From: Dimorphilus gyrociliatus
Taxonomy: Eukaryota > Animalia > Annelida
Reading direction: 5' to 3'
DNA: 64,000 nucleotides
Assembly (NCBI GenBank): GCA_904063045.1
Contig: CAJFCJ010000007.1
Coordinates: 179,540 to 243,539 of the forward strand
Shown: piece after piece, positions 14,377 through 26,654 of the stretch
Numbering within the stretch: the stretch's first letter is position 1
Layout: each line of letters begins with the position of its first letter
Translations under genes and position numbers: made by a program
The notes under the pieces: model-generated
Databases searched by the model: none
What the model saw: only the letters and a program-made list of their open reading frames with translations
Told to the model about the DNA's origin: nothing

Positions 14377-16716
14377 TGTTACTTAATATACAATTGAACA
14401 ATGAAAGGTCAGAGAATAGAAATGTTTTACGATAAGCAATCTCTTACTTAAAAAATAGAAAACCGAAAGGTCAAGGATAACGTATACTCGTTTTCATGAG
14501 TGTTTGAAGTATATTTCACGTTTTAATAATAACAAAGGAATACTGATAATAAATCATTTTTTATCAATTTTAATAATATTTTTCAAAGCCAAGTTAATAA
14601 ATGCGAAATAATATTAAATTTATAACATTTATAAGATTTTAGTACTCGAATAACCGGTATTCAAACACAATCATCAATAATTTCTATAATCAAATTACTT
14701 ATACTATTAATTATTCTACATCTCATTTTCGTAAAATAGACAGACGTTATTAAGTAAATCAACAATCCATTGACGCCTAAAACACTAAAATCATACACTT
14801 TGAATAGAGGGATAAAGCAATACGTACATTATGGTCTATAAATAGAATTTGTTTTTTATATACAAGAACAGCTAGTTCGATCTTGTAACAATTATATGAA
14901 AACAGATGTTATAATTACAAGATAAACTCATCGCTTAAATTCTAGTGCGAAACTATACTATAATAATAATCCTCTTTCAGGAATTAACTTTTAAAGCCCT
15001 TTATTATTAATTTTTCTTTTCATGGCAACCTTCGTGAGATTTTGTTTAATTAACCTGTTATCTAGGTAAAAATCTTAACGCTGTTAATAAACTTGATTTT
15101 CAATTCTCTATTATAGAAACGTGTAAAGGTGAAAAGAAGGAAAAAAGAAAACGTCAGTGGAAACGTTATAACGTTATATATTACATGAAGTATCGACAAC
15201 TGAGAAGACAATCTCTCCATCTGTAGTTTTAGCTAAGAACTATTTATGCGAATAGTACAGTATATATGCTAAATACTGCAATATAAATGAAAATAAGGAT
15301 AGTTAAACTGAGGCCATAGATGAGAACGGTTTTTTTTTATCAATAGCTCTTCTTTTGTTTAATAACTATCATATTTAATGTTTTACTTTTAATAATCGAA
15401 AATAAGGAAGTTTAATTTTTTAATTATAGAAACCTGCTTTGATTTCTTAAAAGGAATAGGTGAAATATTTTATTAGCGAAACTCGAAAATTATACTTTGA
15501 GGAACTTAATTATAATAAACGACTATTTTACAGGTAAAAATATAAAACCAATTGATTTTGAAAATACAAAGGAACCATCAAGTCATGATCACATAGGCAC
15601 AAATGTTATATTCTGATCCTATAGAATAAAGTGTGCGTGTTTAAAGGAAAGTGCGAATGTATTTGCTTTCCACTGTCGAGAATGACCCTTAAAATCTGAA
15701 AGACGAGAAATTCTGTATAATTACTTTTACTGAATTGATTACGACTATTGTATGCTTTAACACATTTATTTTATGATAAATTATCCAAGATTGAGTGGAA
15801 GCTATGCGTATCTTCCATTAAGGTTGAAGATATAGAATAGTTGTTAAACTATACGAGATATACTATATACAAGGCCATCTTTTAAAATGGTAGATATTGT
15901 AGACTATCAAAAAGAAGTTTCCTATTTTCCTTATAATTAACAAAATCACTTTATTATTGACTATAAGGTTAATACACTACCAGATTCTCAAAAAATATAA
16001 CACTCTTTTTTGCTTCATTAACAAAATGTTGCGGAAGAGGAAAGATATTTTTTCGATGAAAGGCAACATGACCTAGTTTGCCTACCTTATTGTCATGCTT
16101 AAACCAAATGAAAAAAAAAGACTGAAAACAAAAACCTGTGTCTGGCTTTAGCAGAAATTAAAGAAAGTATAGTTTTTTTTCCCTTTTTTGTCAATGTCAC
16201 ATACTTTTTCCCTTAGCTAAAAAGAAAAAAGGCGGAGAGGTAACTGTCTCTCAAATGGAAAGAACGGCATATTTTTAATGTACATAACGAATAGTAATAC
16301 AACTTAAAAGCTTAACTTTTAACTTAAATAAAAGAAGTGTAAAGGAAACTTTTAATGTGATAGCTACTTTTATTATTTCAATTGTGTAACTATTTGAAAA
16401 TCGTGGCGCATATAGTTAATAAACATAGTTCTGAGCCTAGTTTACAGTTTTAATAATAGAGATTCCTTAACAATGGAGGGGATTTCTTCTTTTTTCAAAT
16501 ACCATTCTCTGCAAGATTTTTCAAGCATATGATCTATCTGTGGCTACTCTCTCTGGTGATGACATTTAAAAATCTTCCTTCTCTTGTTCTGCTGACCAAC
16601 TACAAATAATATTTACACCGAATTTACTTATGTCATCTTGTTTCATGTGTAGGAGTTATATATTTCTTATTAATATACCACAGTTAGAACGCTTCCAACT
16701 AAGCTATGAAAATAGT

Positions 16717-16737
16717 CACGTGGTTAAAGTGACGTCA
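16717..16737. promoter_or_regulatory. E-box (CACGTG) plus CRE (TGACGTCA) composite
   Basis: gtCACGTGgttaaagTGACGTCA between DSD and the GPCR. Confidence 0.35.
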
Positions 16738-17674
16738 ACAAATCTAAAGCTCATTGTAATCTTTACTAGTTTGTCAGAAGAAGGGTAACATACTCTCAGA
16801 ACAATACGTATAATGGATAATACTAAATCTCTCGCATATGATTATTATTTTTTCAAAACTGTCCTAGAATTAGAAAAAGGTTTGTATGATTCATAAAGCA
16901 TTTTCATTTAAAAAAATTATGATATTAGTCAAAAGAATAAAAAATACTTTATTTATTTGAGTATAATAAAGAATAGAATTCAATGGAAAAATAGTTTATA
17001 AAACAATGGAAGAAACGTTAAAATAGTAAATAGTCAAATGCTGTATAATTTATTATTTTGTGTTTATATTTTAGTCATCGCACTGGATGGTCTATAATAA
17101 TAACTCCTATTAAAATATTAAAAAGACTATCTCTACTAACCAAATAAAGTAGTAGAATACATTTTAAAATTGGTTTTAGACAAATGTATTGCTGTTGGCC
17201 AATCTTATTAAGTCTGTTTTACAAATTGAAGAAAAATTGAAATAGTTTATATTACTTGAAAAGTCAATCAGTTTGTTTAGTGTTATGATATAAAGTTAAA
17301 AAATAGGCTTATTATGAATGACTTGACTAGAGAATATATTATTTAAGTTTAACAACATAATTATTAACGAACAAAGTATCACACTAAAAAACAAGAGACA
17401 GTTGTCAGGGTTCAATTGACAGGAAGTGCGGGATCCTTTAATACGATTGAATTTATTAGACTGGAAAGGCTTTGATGACCATAAAATTGGTTTTGCTAGG
17501 AGCAATGAAAGAAATATAATTGGTTAGACATTATCTCAACGCAAGTTATAATCAAAAACAACCATATTATCCTCTCTTTAGACAGAGAATTTATGTAATC
17601 AAATTTTTATCTCTTATACATATTTCTACTTTTCTTTACCAACAGTCAGCACCTTAAATTCATCGTTTGACAGT

Positions 17675-18679
17675 ATGGACTCAAATATCTATAATAAAGT
17701 TATCCCTATCATATCGATTATTGGAATAATTAGTAATCTGGTTAATCTTATTATATTTTCTTATCGCTACACTCATTTAAGAAATCAATTTAAAAGAAAT
17801 CTGACACCAACTACAAAATCTAGATACGCCATAGAAAAGGCAACTGTTTTCTTATTCTGCGCTTGGTCAACTTGCAATTGTCTAACCAGCCTTTTATTAA
17901 TACCGTACATGTTCTGCCATAGAACAATTTTTGTCTTTGAATATAAATCTTTTAATTTCTTTTTTCGTCTCTATGGAGAAGCGTTGCAATACTTATTCAG
18001 TCATCTAGGAATATGGTTAGCAATGGTTACTGTAATATCCCAAATGATTTGCATAAGAGAGATCCAACGAGCTCATGTTTTCGTCAGAACGAGAAATCTT
18101 TGGTTGACATTAAGTCTAATACTTGTTACCGTTACAATTGGTCACATTCCAATGATGTTTAAGTACAGGTACAGATTATACAGAGGGAAGTTGAAATCTG
18201 AAGTTTTATACCTACTAGACATTGGCTGGTTCATGGGGTTGCCTGAGCAAGTTGTTTCTTGGCTTTGGTTAATTTTGGGCTACTTTTTACCATTACTTAT
18301 TTTTGTGTTCTGCATAATAGTTATTCTAAATGAATTAAAATCCGAAAGAATAAGATTCAAAAGTACGAGAAGAGCTGTAAAAAGAGCAGTTTATCTTGTC
18401 TGTATTAACGCATTTCTCTTTCTCATTCTACAAACTCCATCACAAGTTTTTAGATTTATTTTGATCCCTTGGAATCCAGGTGAATTGAAAGAGACTTTTT
18501 CAAAATTACGCTTTATGGCTTCTCTTAGTGATCTATCAGCTATTTTATACTATGGATTTAATTGTTTCATTTGCTGTATTGTTGATAAAAAGCAAAGAAT
18601 AACATTTTATAAGCTAATTTTATTTTGTTTAGGTAAAAATTTGATAGAGAATAAAGACTCCCAAGAGGATACTATATGA
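17675..18679 (+). CDS. Intronless class A 7TM GPCR, FMRFamide/sex-peptide-receptor-like or chemoreceptor-like, with degenerate motifs
   Basis: 334-aa ORF with seven hydrophobic segments. TM1 GIISNLVNLIIF, TM5 GYFLPLLIF, TM6 FLILQTPS, TM7 YGFNCFIC. Confidence 0.8.
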   Translation: MDSNIYNKVIPIISIIGIISNLVNLIIFSYRYTHLRNQFKRNLTPTTKSRYAIEKATVFLFCAWSTCNCLTSLLLIPYMFCHRTIFVFEYKSFNFFFRLYGEALQYLFSHLGIWLAMVTVISQMICIREIQRAHVFVRTRNLWLTLSLILVTVTIGHIPMMFKYRYRLYRGKLKSEVLYLLDIGWFMGLPEQVVSWLWLILGYFLPLLIFVFCIIVILNELKSERIRFKSTRRAVKRAVYLVCINAFLFLILQTPSQVFRFILIPWNPGELKETFSKLRFMASLSDLSAILYYGFNCFICCIVDKKQRITFYKLILFCLGKNLIENKDSQEDTI

Positions 18680-20446
18680 GAATTTACAGCTAAGTAGTTG
18701 TTACATAATTAAACAAGACAATCTATAGAACATAAGATTATATATTCTTTACTGTGTTGTTTTTCTTTCTCCGTTGACTTGTTTTTTAATAAATAAAAGA
18801 AAATAGAATATTTCTACAATGGCTAAGTCATGTCATGTTAATATAAGTCATAAGAGACAGTAGTATAGTAATATCCATTTTACACAACACTTTTCTTCTA
18901 CTCTAATATCATGATCTTCATATTATAAACTCCATAAATCTCTTGGACATATTTCAGTAATAAATTTGATCTATTCCGCTATGTTTAATATTATATAACA
19001 AATATATTACAATATAAGCTAGATATTATACTCTTCAAATGTCTTTTAAATACTTTTTCTAATTACCTCAAACGTTCTTAAATTAATTCGGCTGTAATAG
19101 CAGGAATATTAAAGAATTTTCTCTCTTTCTTGTCTGATATAAAAGAACAAGAAAAGATTCGAAAACATTCTAAAAACTTTGTTACGTATTTTATTTACTG
19201 ATTATATATTCGTATTTAGTTTAATGCTCTTTTGAAGAGATCGTAAAGCATCTTTCTGCCAAAAAGTGCCTCTTCAAATTTAATAGATTTTTGCTAATGT
19301 AATAGCCTATTTACACGGTAATATGACATAAAATCATAGTTTTGACATTTTTCCAGTATTATTATTTACGTTGTTTATTTGCTAACGTACTTGTTTACAT
19401 ATAAAACTGTAAATTTTTTTTTCTTTTATACAGCTTCCAATCCTATATCCTTTTATTGAAAGGGAATGAACCAAACCAATGTTTTATACGTATTTCTTTG
19501 ATACTCGTGTTCTGTATGAAATTTTTTTTTTTTAGGATGGGGGAAATAATCAATTAGAAATATTGTAGACAATTTTTTCTTTCTAAGACCTATTTTTAGC
19601 GTCCAAACAAAACCTATTTAAAAGTTCTCCCTCCCTTTATCTTCGCCTTCACCCTTTTTTATGAATGTCTTTCGGATGCGCATAGTGTCAAACTTATAGG
19701 CAATTTATCAAGATAATAGAAATTATATAAACTATATATATAATATTCAGTATATATTACTTTACTGGTAAAAAGAATAATCTTTTATGAACAGACTTTT
19801 ATTTTCTAGTACTGTTAGTCCACTCATTGATTTTCTTTTGTTCTGTCCTATCTTTTCGTTCTCTAATTCGGTCAAATGATAAGAAAGAAAAAACAGTTTA
19901 AGATTTATATAATAGAGCTTTTAAAATGAAGCTTATCTAAAGCATAACATACAATATACAGTATAAATTATAACAGATTACAAAGGTTATTCGAGTTCAA
20001 AAAATGACAAATCACCTTTTAATAATTATATTTCTTCTTTAACTATCTAATGATTGAATATCTAGTCTATAATTTGTTTAAAGGCCTTTTGACTATACTT
20101 TGATTATAAGAAAATATTCTATCTATCGAAAGGTAATGGTAAAACTGTTATAGAAAATGAATACTTAAAAAGTACGCATTTGAGGAAAGGAAGATAATTC
20201 GTAAAAACTAATATAACCAATACAATTTTACAATATGGTTTCCTGCTTCTATCTCAATAAAATCATAATCTGTATTACGTATTATCACTACCGAAAGTAT
20301 AAGGAATCTGTAAATAATTCAATAATATAATACAATTAAATGATAGTTTTAAGTTTATATTTACAATTTTGGTCATTGGAAAAGATTTTTATCCTTTAGA
20401 ACATGTTCATTCCTTATCTTCCTTAGCGGAAAAATATGCGTTGGAA

Positions 20447-21211
20447 TTATTGCAAATTTTCATTCGATTTCATTCTCGGTTTCGGAATATAGTTTGCCAA
20501 AAATGACAACCTATCTACCATACATTCACACCCAACTTTAATAGGTATCATTTCCCTCCTCCAAGCGTGCATGATAACGGTCTGACCTCCTTTTAGGACT
20601 AAGGTGCAGTATCCTTGCCTCCTCCTCAGTAAATTAACATTACTTAAAGATGTAAAGCACTTTCCATGATTACTATTTGCAATTGTTATACATCCAGTTT
20701 CTGATGGGTGACAATAAGCTTCATTCAAAATACTTGGCCAATATTGAGTCGAATCCAATCGAGTGGTCCCAGCACATTCAGTACATAAATGTAGGTAACC
20801 ATCGTTCTCTCGACCTCTTGGGCGACAGTAATCTGTTAGTTTCGTATCTGTAAGCGAGAGTCCGTCAAACGTTTTATTCTGGCCCTTAATCTCTTTTAAA
20901 GCGGAAATGATATCGGATCTTTTCAATATAGTCATTCCGGACACTTCTGTTAAACTCTGTAAAGTTTCACGAGAATTAATTAAATCTCTGAAATTTTCAT
21001 CGGCTTCTCTCTGATTTTCAGCCACTATACCCGAATCAAAATATTTCAAGTAGTTCAGCTTATCCTCTCGAGTCCACTCTACTTCAGAATATTGCGGATG
21101 TAGTGATCTTAGAGTACCACACGGAATGGATATATTGTGAACAATTAGCGTAGAACACTGACCATCACCGAGAAATAGGAAAAGAAAACCGAGATGAAAT
21201 AACCAACTCAT
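20447..21211 (-). CDS. Secreted trunk/PTTH/noggin-like cystine-knot growth factor, intronless CDS
   Basis: Signal peptide MSWLFHLGFLFLFLGDGQC (Met at 21211; the ORF extends to 21250), dibasic KR site, and cystine-knot pattern LCTEC...L...YWPSILNEAYC...C...GKC...LLRR...C...W...IKVGCEC. Confidence 0.78.
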   Translation of the reverse strand: MSWLFHLGFLFLFLGDGQCSTLIVHNISIPCGTLRSLHPQYSEVEWTREDKLNYLKYFDSGIVAENQREADENFRDLINSRETLQSLTEVSGMTILKRSDIISALKEIKGQNKTFDGLSLTDTKLTDYCRPRGRENDGYLHLCTECAGTTRLDSTQYWPSILNEAYCHPSETGCITIANSNHGKCFTSLSNVNLLRRRQGYCTLVLKGGQTVIMHAWRREMIPIKVGCECMVDRLSFLANYIPKPRMKSNENLQ

Positions 21212-23492
21212 CTCGAAGCCGTTTAAATTGAACATTTTCATTACAATCATTTTAATTCAGTATGATAACAGATAACGTTGTGTCAGATTCGATTATTCAT
21301 TCATAAAGATATATTCTGTATGTATATATATATATATAATATAGAATTGATTATTTCGGCTAGTTATATTTTATCTACAGTCAAGTACTACTAATTTCCA
21401 AAGAAATCAAATGATATTTTTCTAATTTCTTTATTGAAAGACTTTACTTCTCTTTTAAAGTAAATACACTTGAAATTCCAATACACTCTTCATCTTAAGT
21501 ATTACCATATTGATATCTATTATCAATAGACTCAAAGGGATAAAATGTTTTTCCAGTTTAATAATCTACGAATTTTTCTTCAATGAATAAAAAGAGCTAT
21601 AATTACCTTTTCGTTTCACTTTTGATATTAATACACTGTCTTTTAAGAACCTGAAAAAAAGACACCCTAAGTAAAAAGTTATTAATAGTCTCAAATTTCT
21701 AATTTAAGGTGAATATAATTTTAAATAGGCGTATATACAGTAAATTTATATATACAATAAAGTAATAGATAATATTAAAACCTTTAAATATTTCATAGTA
21801 AAGTTCAAAATTAAAAGTTCACTGACCAATCTTTAATTGACCCTAAGACAGTTTGTTATATAATTTCTATATATACAGTATATATATGTTGATAAAAAAA
21901 ATGACCATTTCGATGTATTAGAACAAAACTGACTGTAAATCGTATATTACTGTATGTTTGAATAAATAATATATTTTCCTCTTTGAAAGTCAGTTTCGTA
22001 CAACTTAAAAGATAACTTAATATTTCTAAAACCTTATCTAGTCGTTTTTGTAAATTGTTTAAATATCTTTCAAAGCGTTAAAATAATCATTTAATCCATT
22101 TTATTATTTTTTTTCATACTCCTATTCTCCAACTTAAAATTGAAAAAAAACTATACATATGTATGTACTGATATTTTTTTGTATTGCAGCTTGGATTAAT
22201 GACGTTTAAAGGTGACATTATACTCTATATGTTACTTCTGAAAAAGTATGTCACGTAGTAAATTTGATACCAAACATTCAATAAAAAACGTAATTTTCCA
22301 TCTCAAGTTACTCATCTTATAAATAGAAAGTAGTATATATTTATTCATATCTTTACTTTTACCTAGTTTCACTTTTAAATTGTCGCATGTAAAGGTCATG
22401 TCCTTTTTTTTTTAAAGATCACCTAATTCATATGATTTTATTAATATCATCAATTTATCCTTATTGGTTGTATATGAAATTATAAAATAACGACCCCCGA
22501 TACGTGTAAGAAAAAGAAATATATGTATTTATCGATATAACAATCTAGATGGCATCTTTTCATTGATATTTTTATACTATTTAACTATGCTAAATAAAAA
22601 GTTCAAATAGCTTGGTCCTGTATAATTACAAGCTTTATAAGCCGTAATAATTATATTAGATATTAAGTAACTCGTCTGTTTACTTCGTACTTATCAAACA
22701 CATATATATATATCTAAATTATACAGTAGATATGATAAACCTTTTGGAAAAGATGGCTGTTGAAAATCAAAAATGCATATAACTAGCGTGATTAATGTTT
22801 CTGAATTGATTCCTACGCCTGAACGAGGATAATCCCTTGAGCCTTAATGAAACTTTTACAATTTACTCTTCTCAATCTTTTTCATCCGGTTTCACTTTTA
22901 CTGAAATGTATCTCTTTTCCCTTTTCCATCTAACTTTAAAATTTTAAAAGAATACGACAAAACTTAAAGACAGTCTTTGTTAAAGAGACAATGAAAATGA
23001 TGAATTACCCTTGTACATAAAAAAACGTTTATTGACATGATATCAGTTGCAATAGAGATGTAATTAAATATATTTTATCTTGTTGTCTGAACCTATAAGG
23101 AATGCGACGTGAGGTGATATGCTTTAGGTTTTTCTGTGTATTTAAATTTATGTTTTTAACATAAAACCCAATCAATCACTTGTTTAATTGTTATCTTTTA
23201 TCATAAAATTTATATCTAATAATGTCTTTGTTTTCTATAAATAAGAAATAAAAAATAGAAAGGAATTCAAGAAGAATATGGTCAAAAAAAAGTGTACAAA
23301 CAAACATTTTTTTATTCTAGGCTAGCAAAATCTTTAGGTTTTATTTCTCTTCTTTTCTTATTCTAATCTAACTTTGTTAGTCGACAAGGGAAGGAGTTAA
23401 TTCAACCATTTAGTCGCCTTTCCAAACATTTCTACCTGCCTCTCTTCGGCTATAGATGAAAACAAGCACGTCGTTCGTGTCGAACTAGCCAT

Positions 23493-24954
23493 TTAATTCG
23501 GTTTTGGCATAAAAAATATAATATTCAGCGTTAAAGCAGAAAGAAATACAAAAAACAATAATTTATCGACAAATGACGTGAAACTCTGCCAATAATTCGC
23601 TATGATTAAGTGACTCTTTTGTGTTGTCTCTTTATCGTCAGATGATGATGATAAGCATTCCGGTTTCATTGGAATTCCTCTGGAATGTTCCTCATAGTCT
23701 TCAGACGTTTTACATTTCTTTCGCAAGTTATGTATCTAGAAAATATTTTGATAAATAAAGAGAAAACTGGAAATATAAAAAAATCAATTTGTAAACCTGT
23801 CTGATTAATTTAGGTGGTACACACTTCAATTGGTTTACATGAACCATTATGAGAGAGAAAGAGATAACCAACGAATTAAGTACCAAGCTTATCCAACAAT
23901 AATAACTGAGTTTTATATTTCCATTTGGCGGCATCAGTTGTACAATAATTAGAAAGAAAATTACAACTCCAGAAAAAAGAGCCATGCCCGTCGATGTCCT
24001 ATCGGGTCTTGAAGGAGGTATTAGATATACAAAAGGTGTGATTACGGATAAAAGAACAACTGGTATAATGATAAACTGTGATATGAAGAAGCAAAAAAGA
24101 AAAGAAAAATGAGAAATTGCTTTACTTTTACCTTTTATACGAATTTTAAAAATATACCTGAACGTAGAATTCACTTTTACGACGAAGAACTAAATAAAAG
24201 AAGATATCAATGTAAGTATCAGAGCAGCAGCTATAATTACTTAGTTTTCTAACACCAAAAGTTTCGAGCATTGTAAACTCAGCGTTTTCTAAATATTCAG
24301 ATAAATCAACAGGTGTATTCTCCGCTATTCTTATATCAATAAATTCACTTGAATGAACCCATGATCCAAATTTTAGGCTACAATTTTGAACGTCAAACGG
24401 AAAATCTCTCATATTAGTTTCGCAACTAGATTGATAAATTATTGGCGGTATCCACTGACATATTCCATCGTAACCCAAGAGTATGTTTATATCCAGGGTA
24501 TCCTTTTCAATGTTTCTCCTGGATATGCTAACAAGCAAAGAGAAATAAAAAAGAGATTCATAAAAAGTAATTTAACTACTTACCTAGAATACAAGAAAAT
24601 GTCAGGAACCCAAATATCGTGTGGTGATACAGTTAATTTTCTTATACCACCAAAATCTTTCGGATCCCAATTATGAATTTGATCTTGCCAACTCATCCTT
24701 TTCCATACTAAAAATTCAATATATTGCATCTTCTCGTTTAGTGAGAGAATTTGCACAAGCAATAGGCTAAAATTTACTTGTAGGGGTTCGGAGAATGTCA
24801 ATCTTGGAATAACGTTTCGATTTTCCGAGCCTATTTTACTCTTAAGATATCGTCGTAACTCTAGTTCATGAGAAATATTACCTTTGGTTGAAGAAACTAC
24901 TGAAACAATTACCAAAATAAGAATAAATAAGAAAATCTTCCAAATCCACTTCAT
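23493..24954 (-). CDS. Nicotinic acetylcholine receptor alpha-type subunit (Cys-loop channel)
   Basis: 4 exons (24954-24584, 24527-24158, 24075-23797, 23735-23493; introns 56, 82, 61 nt). Signal peptide, loop A WVPDIFLY, Cys-loop CETNMRDFPFDVQNC, loop B FGSW, loop C YSCCSDTY with vicinal Cys, and M1-M4. Confidence 0.95.
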
Positions 24955-26654
24955 TTAAATATAGATTTTTGAGCAATACGAGCAAACATATGCTCTTTCC
25001 TATCAAAAGACGGTTTGAAAAATGAGCAGAAGCACCTAATGCAAATCCACCCCTATCGGATTGTTGCTTAAATACATTTGCTCCCTGATATTTTCAACCT
25101 CAAAACATTCTTGAGAAAGAAAAGCAAACTATCAAAAGTAGACTTTTAAATTATAAAATTCTCCAGTATTGATAAATCTTGTTCATATAAAAAGATAAAA
25201 TTTCTAAATAATCAATTTTCTTATTGATTAATAACTTTTTTTTTCTATATACTGTATATATTCTACTTCTAATTGAACATTACTAAAAGTCCTACTATAT
25301 CCAGGTTCTATTCATTTTATTACTTCAATATTTTATTCTCTCGTAGTTTTCCATCCTATCTATATCTTGCAAATACCAAACGTAGTATTGAATTCTATAC
25401 TATAAATACAATCAATCATAGATTCATTCTTTTATCGGTGAAATGCGCAATCCTGAAGATAAACATTTGCCTGAGATGTGGGAGAAATTGTTTCAACTGT
25501 TTATCTTGTGACAAGACATGCATAATATAAATAATAAGCAAGGATGTATATTATATTTACTATATATATATATATATATATATTCAATATAGAGTACTCT
25601 TTCCTTTTAATGTGTTTATGTTATCCCATAGGTGGCGACACACAAGCCTGAGCTGCAATTCGAGAGAATAATGATTATCAGCCTAAAAAAATCAATTATA
25701 GAATTGATCACTTTATTTAAAAAATTATTATGTTATTATTTCTCTAAAACAGAAAAAAAGGAGCAAAATAATACGAAATCGGTACAAAATGTAAAAACAA
25801 AACAAGAAAGAAGACGAAAAACTAAAAGTCAAAAAATCGAAAAACAAAATTATTTCCTTCTTTCTTTGCTTTTCTTTTTTTTTTAAAGAAAAAAGAAAAA
25901 TACGAAAATATAAAAATAAAACATAAATAAGATCTTTAAATTCATTATGTTTTCTTTTTAAAATATGATATCCACTTTTCTTTCTTTTATTGCTCTGATT
26001 GTCTTTATTATCTTTCCTCGTTAAAAATAGTATATTACAGTATCTGTAAACTATACTTATTTGATTATAAAACTAAACTTAGTAAGATATACTGTAACGC
26101 ATAGATATAAAAATAGAAGAGAGGGGTAGGGGGTAAAGAGTGATAAACAGACATAGAAAAAGTTATCATATTATCATATTAACATAACAATATCTTATTA
26201 ATAATTCACTAATCGAATATATAAGTATAGATAAATTTTTTACTCTATTAATTCCCTTTAACGTAAACGTATTTACCGAATAGATAAAATAATGCTTTTA
26301 TAAGAAAAACCTTATTGACTATCGAATACTTTTCTCTGTTTTTTAATATATATACATAGATTAGTGTAAAGATAATTTAACTTTCCTTATCCTTTTCCTT
26401 CTTTTTTAATGAAAACGAAATTGGGAAAGGGAATAAAACATATATATATATACAGTATATATACAGTATATATATTAGGCTATGCATATATATACATATA
26501 TTTATATATGTGCATAGAACTTGAAATCAATAATCTATAAGGATATTATAGATCAAAAAAAAACACTTAATTGGTTCCTCTGAAAAGTAAAAAAAGAAGG
26601 AATTTTGGAAGTATTAATTATCTTTAACGAAAACTTATTTCTTTTACTTTAAAT

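Noticed and set aside
17296-17505. Minus-strand ORF with acceptor-like start and hydrophobic, GPI-signal-like end
   Set aside because: No compatible upstream exons were found; such ORFs are common in AT-rich DNA.
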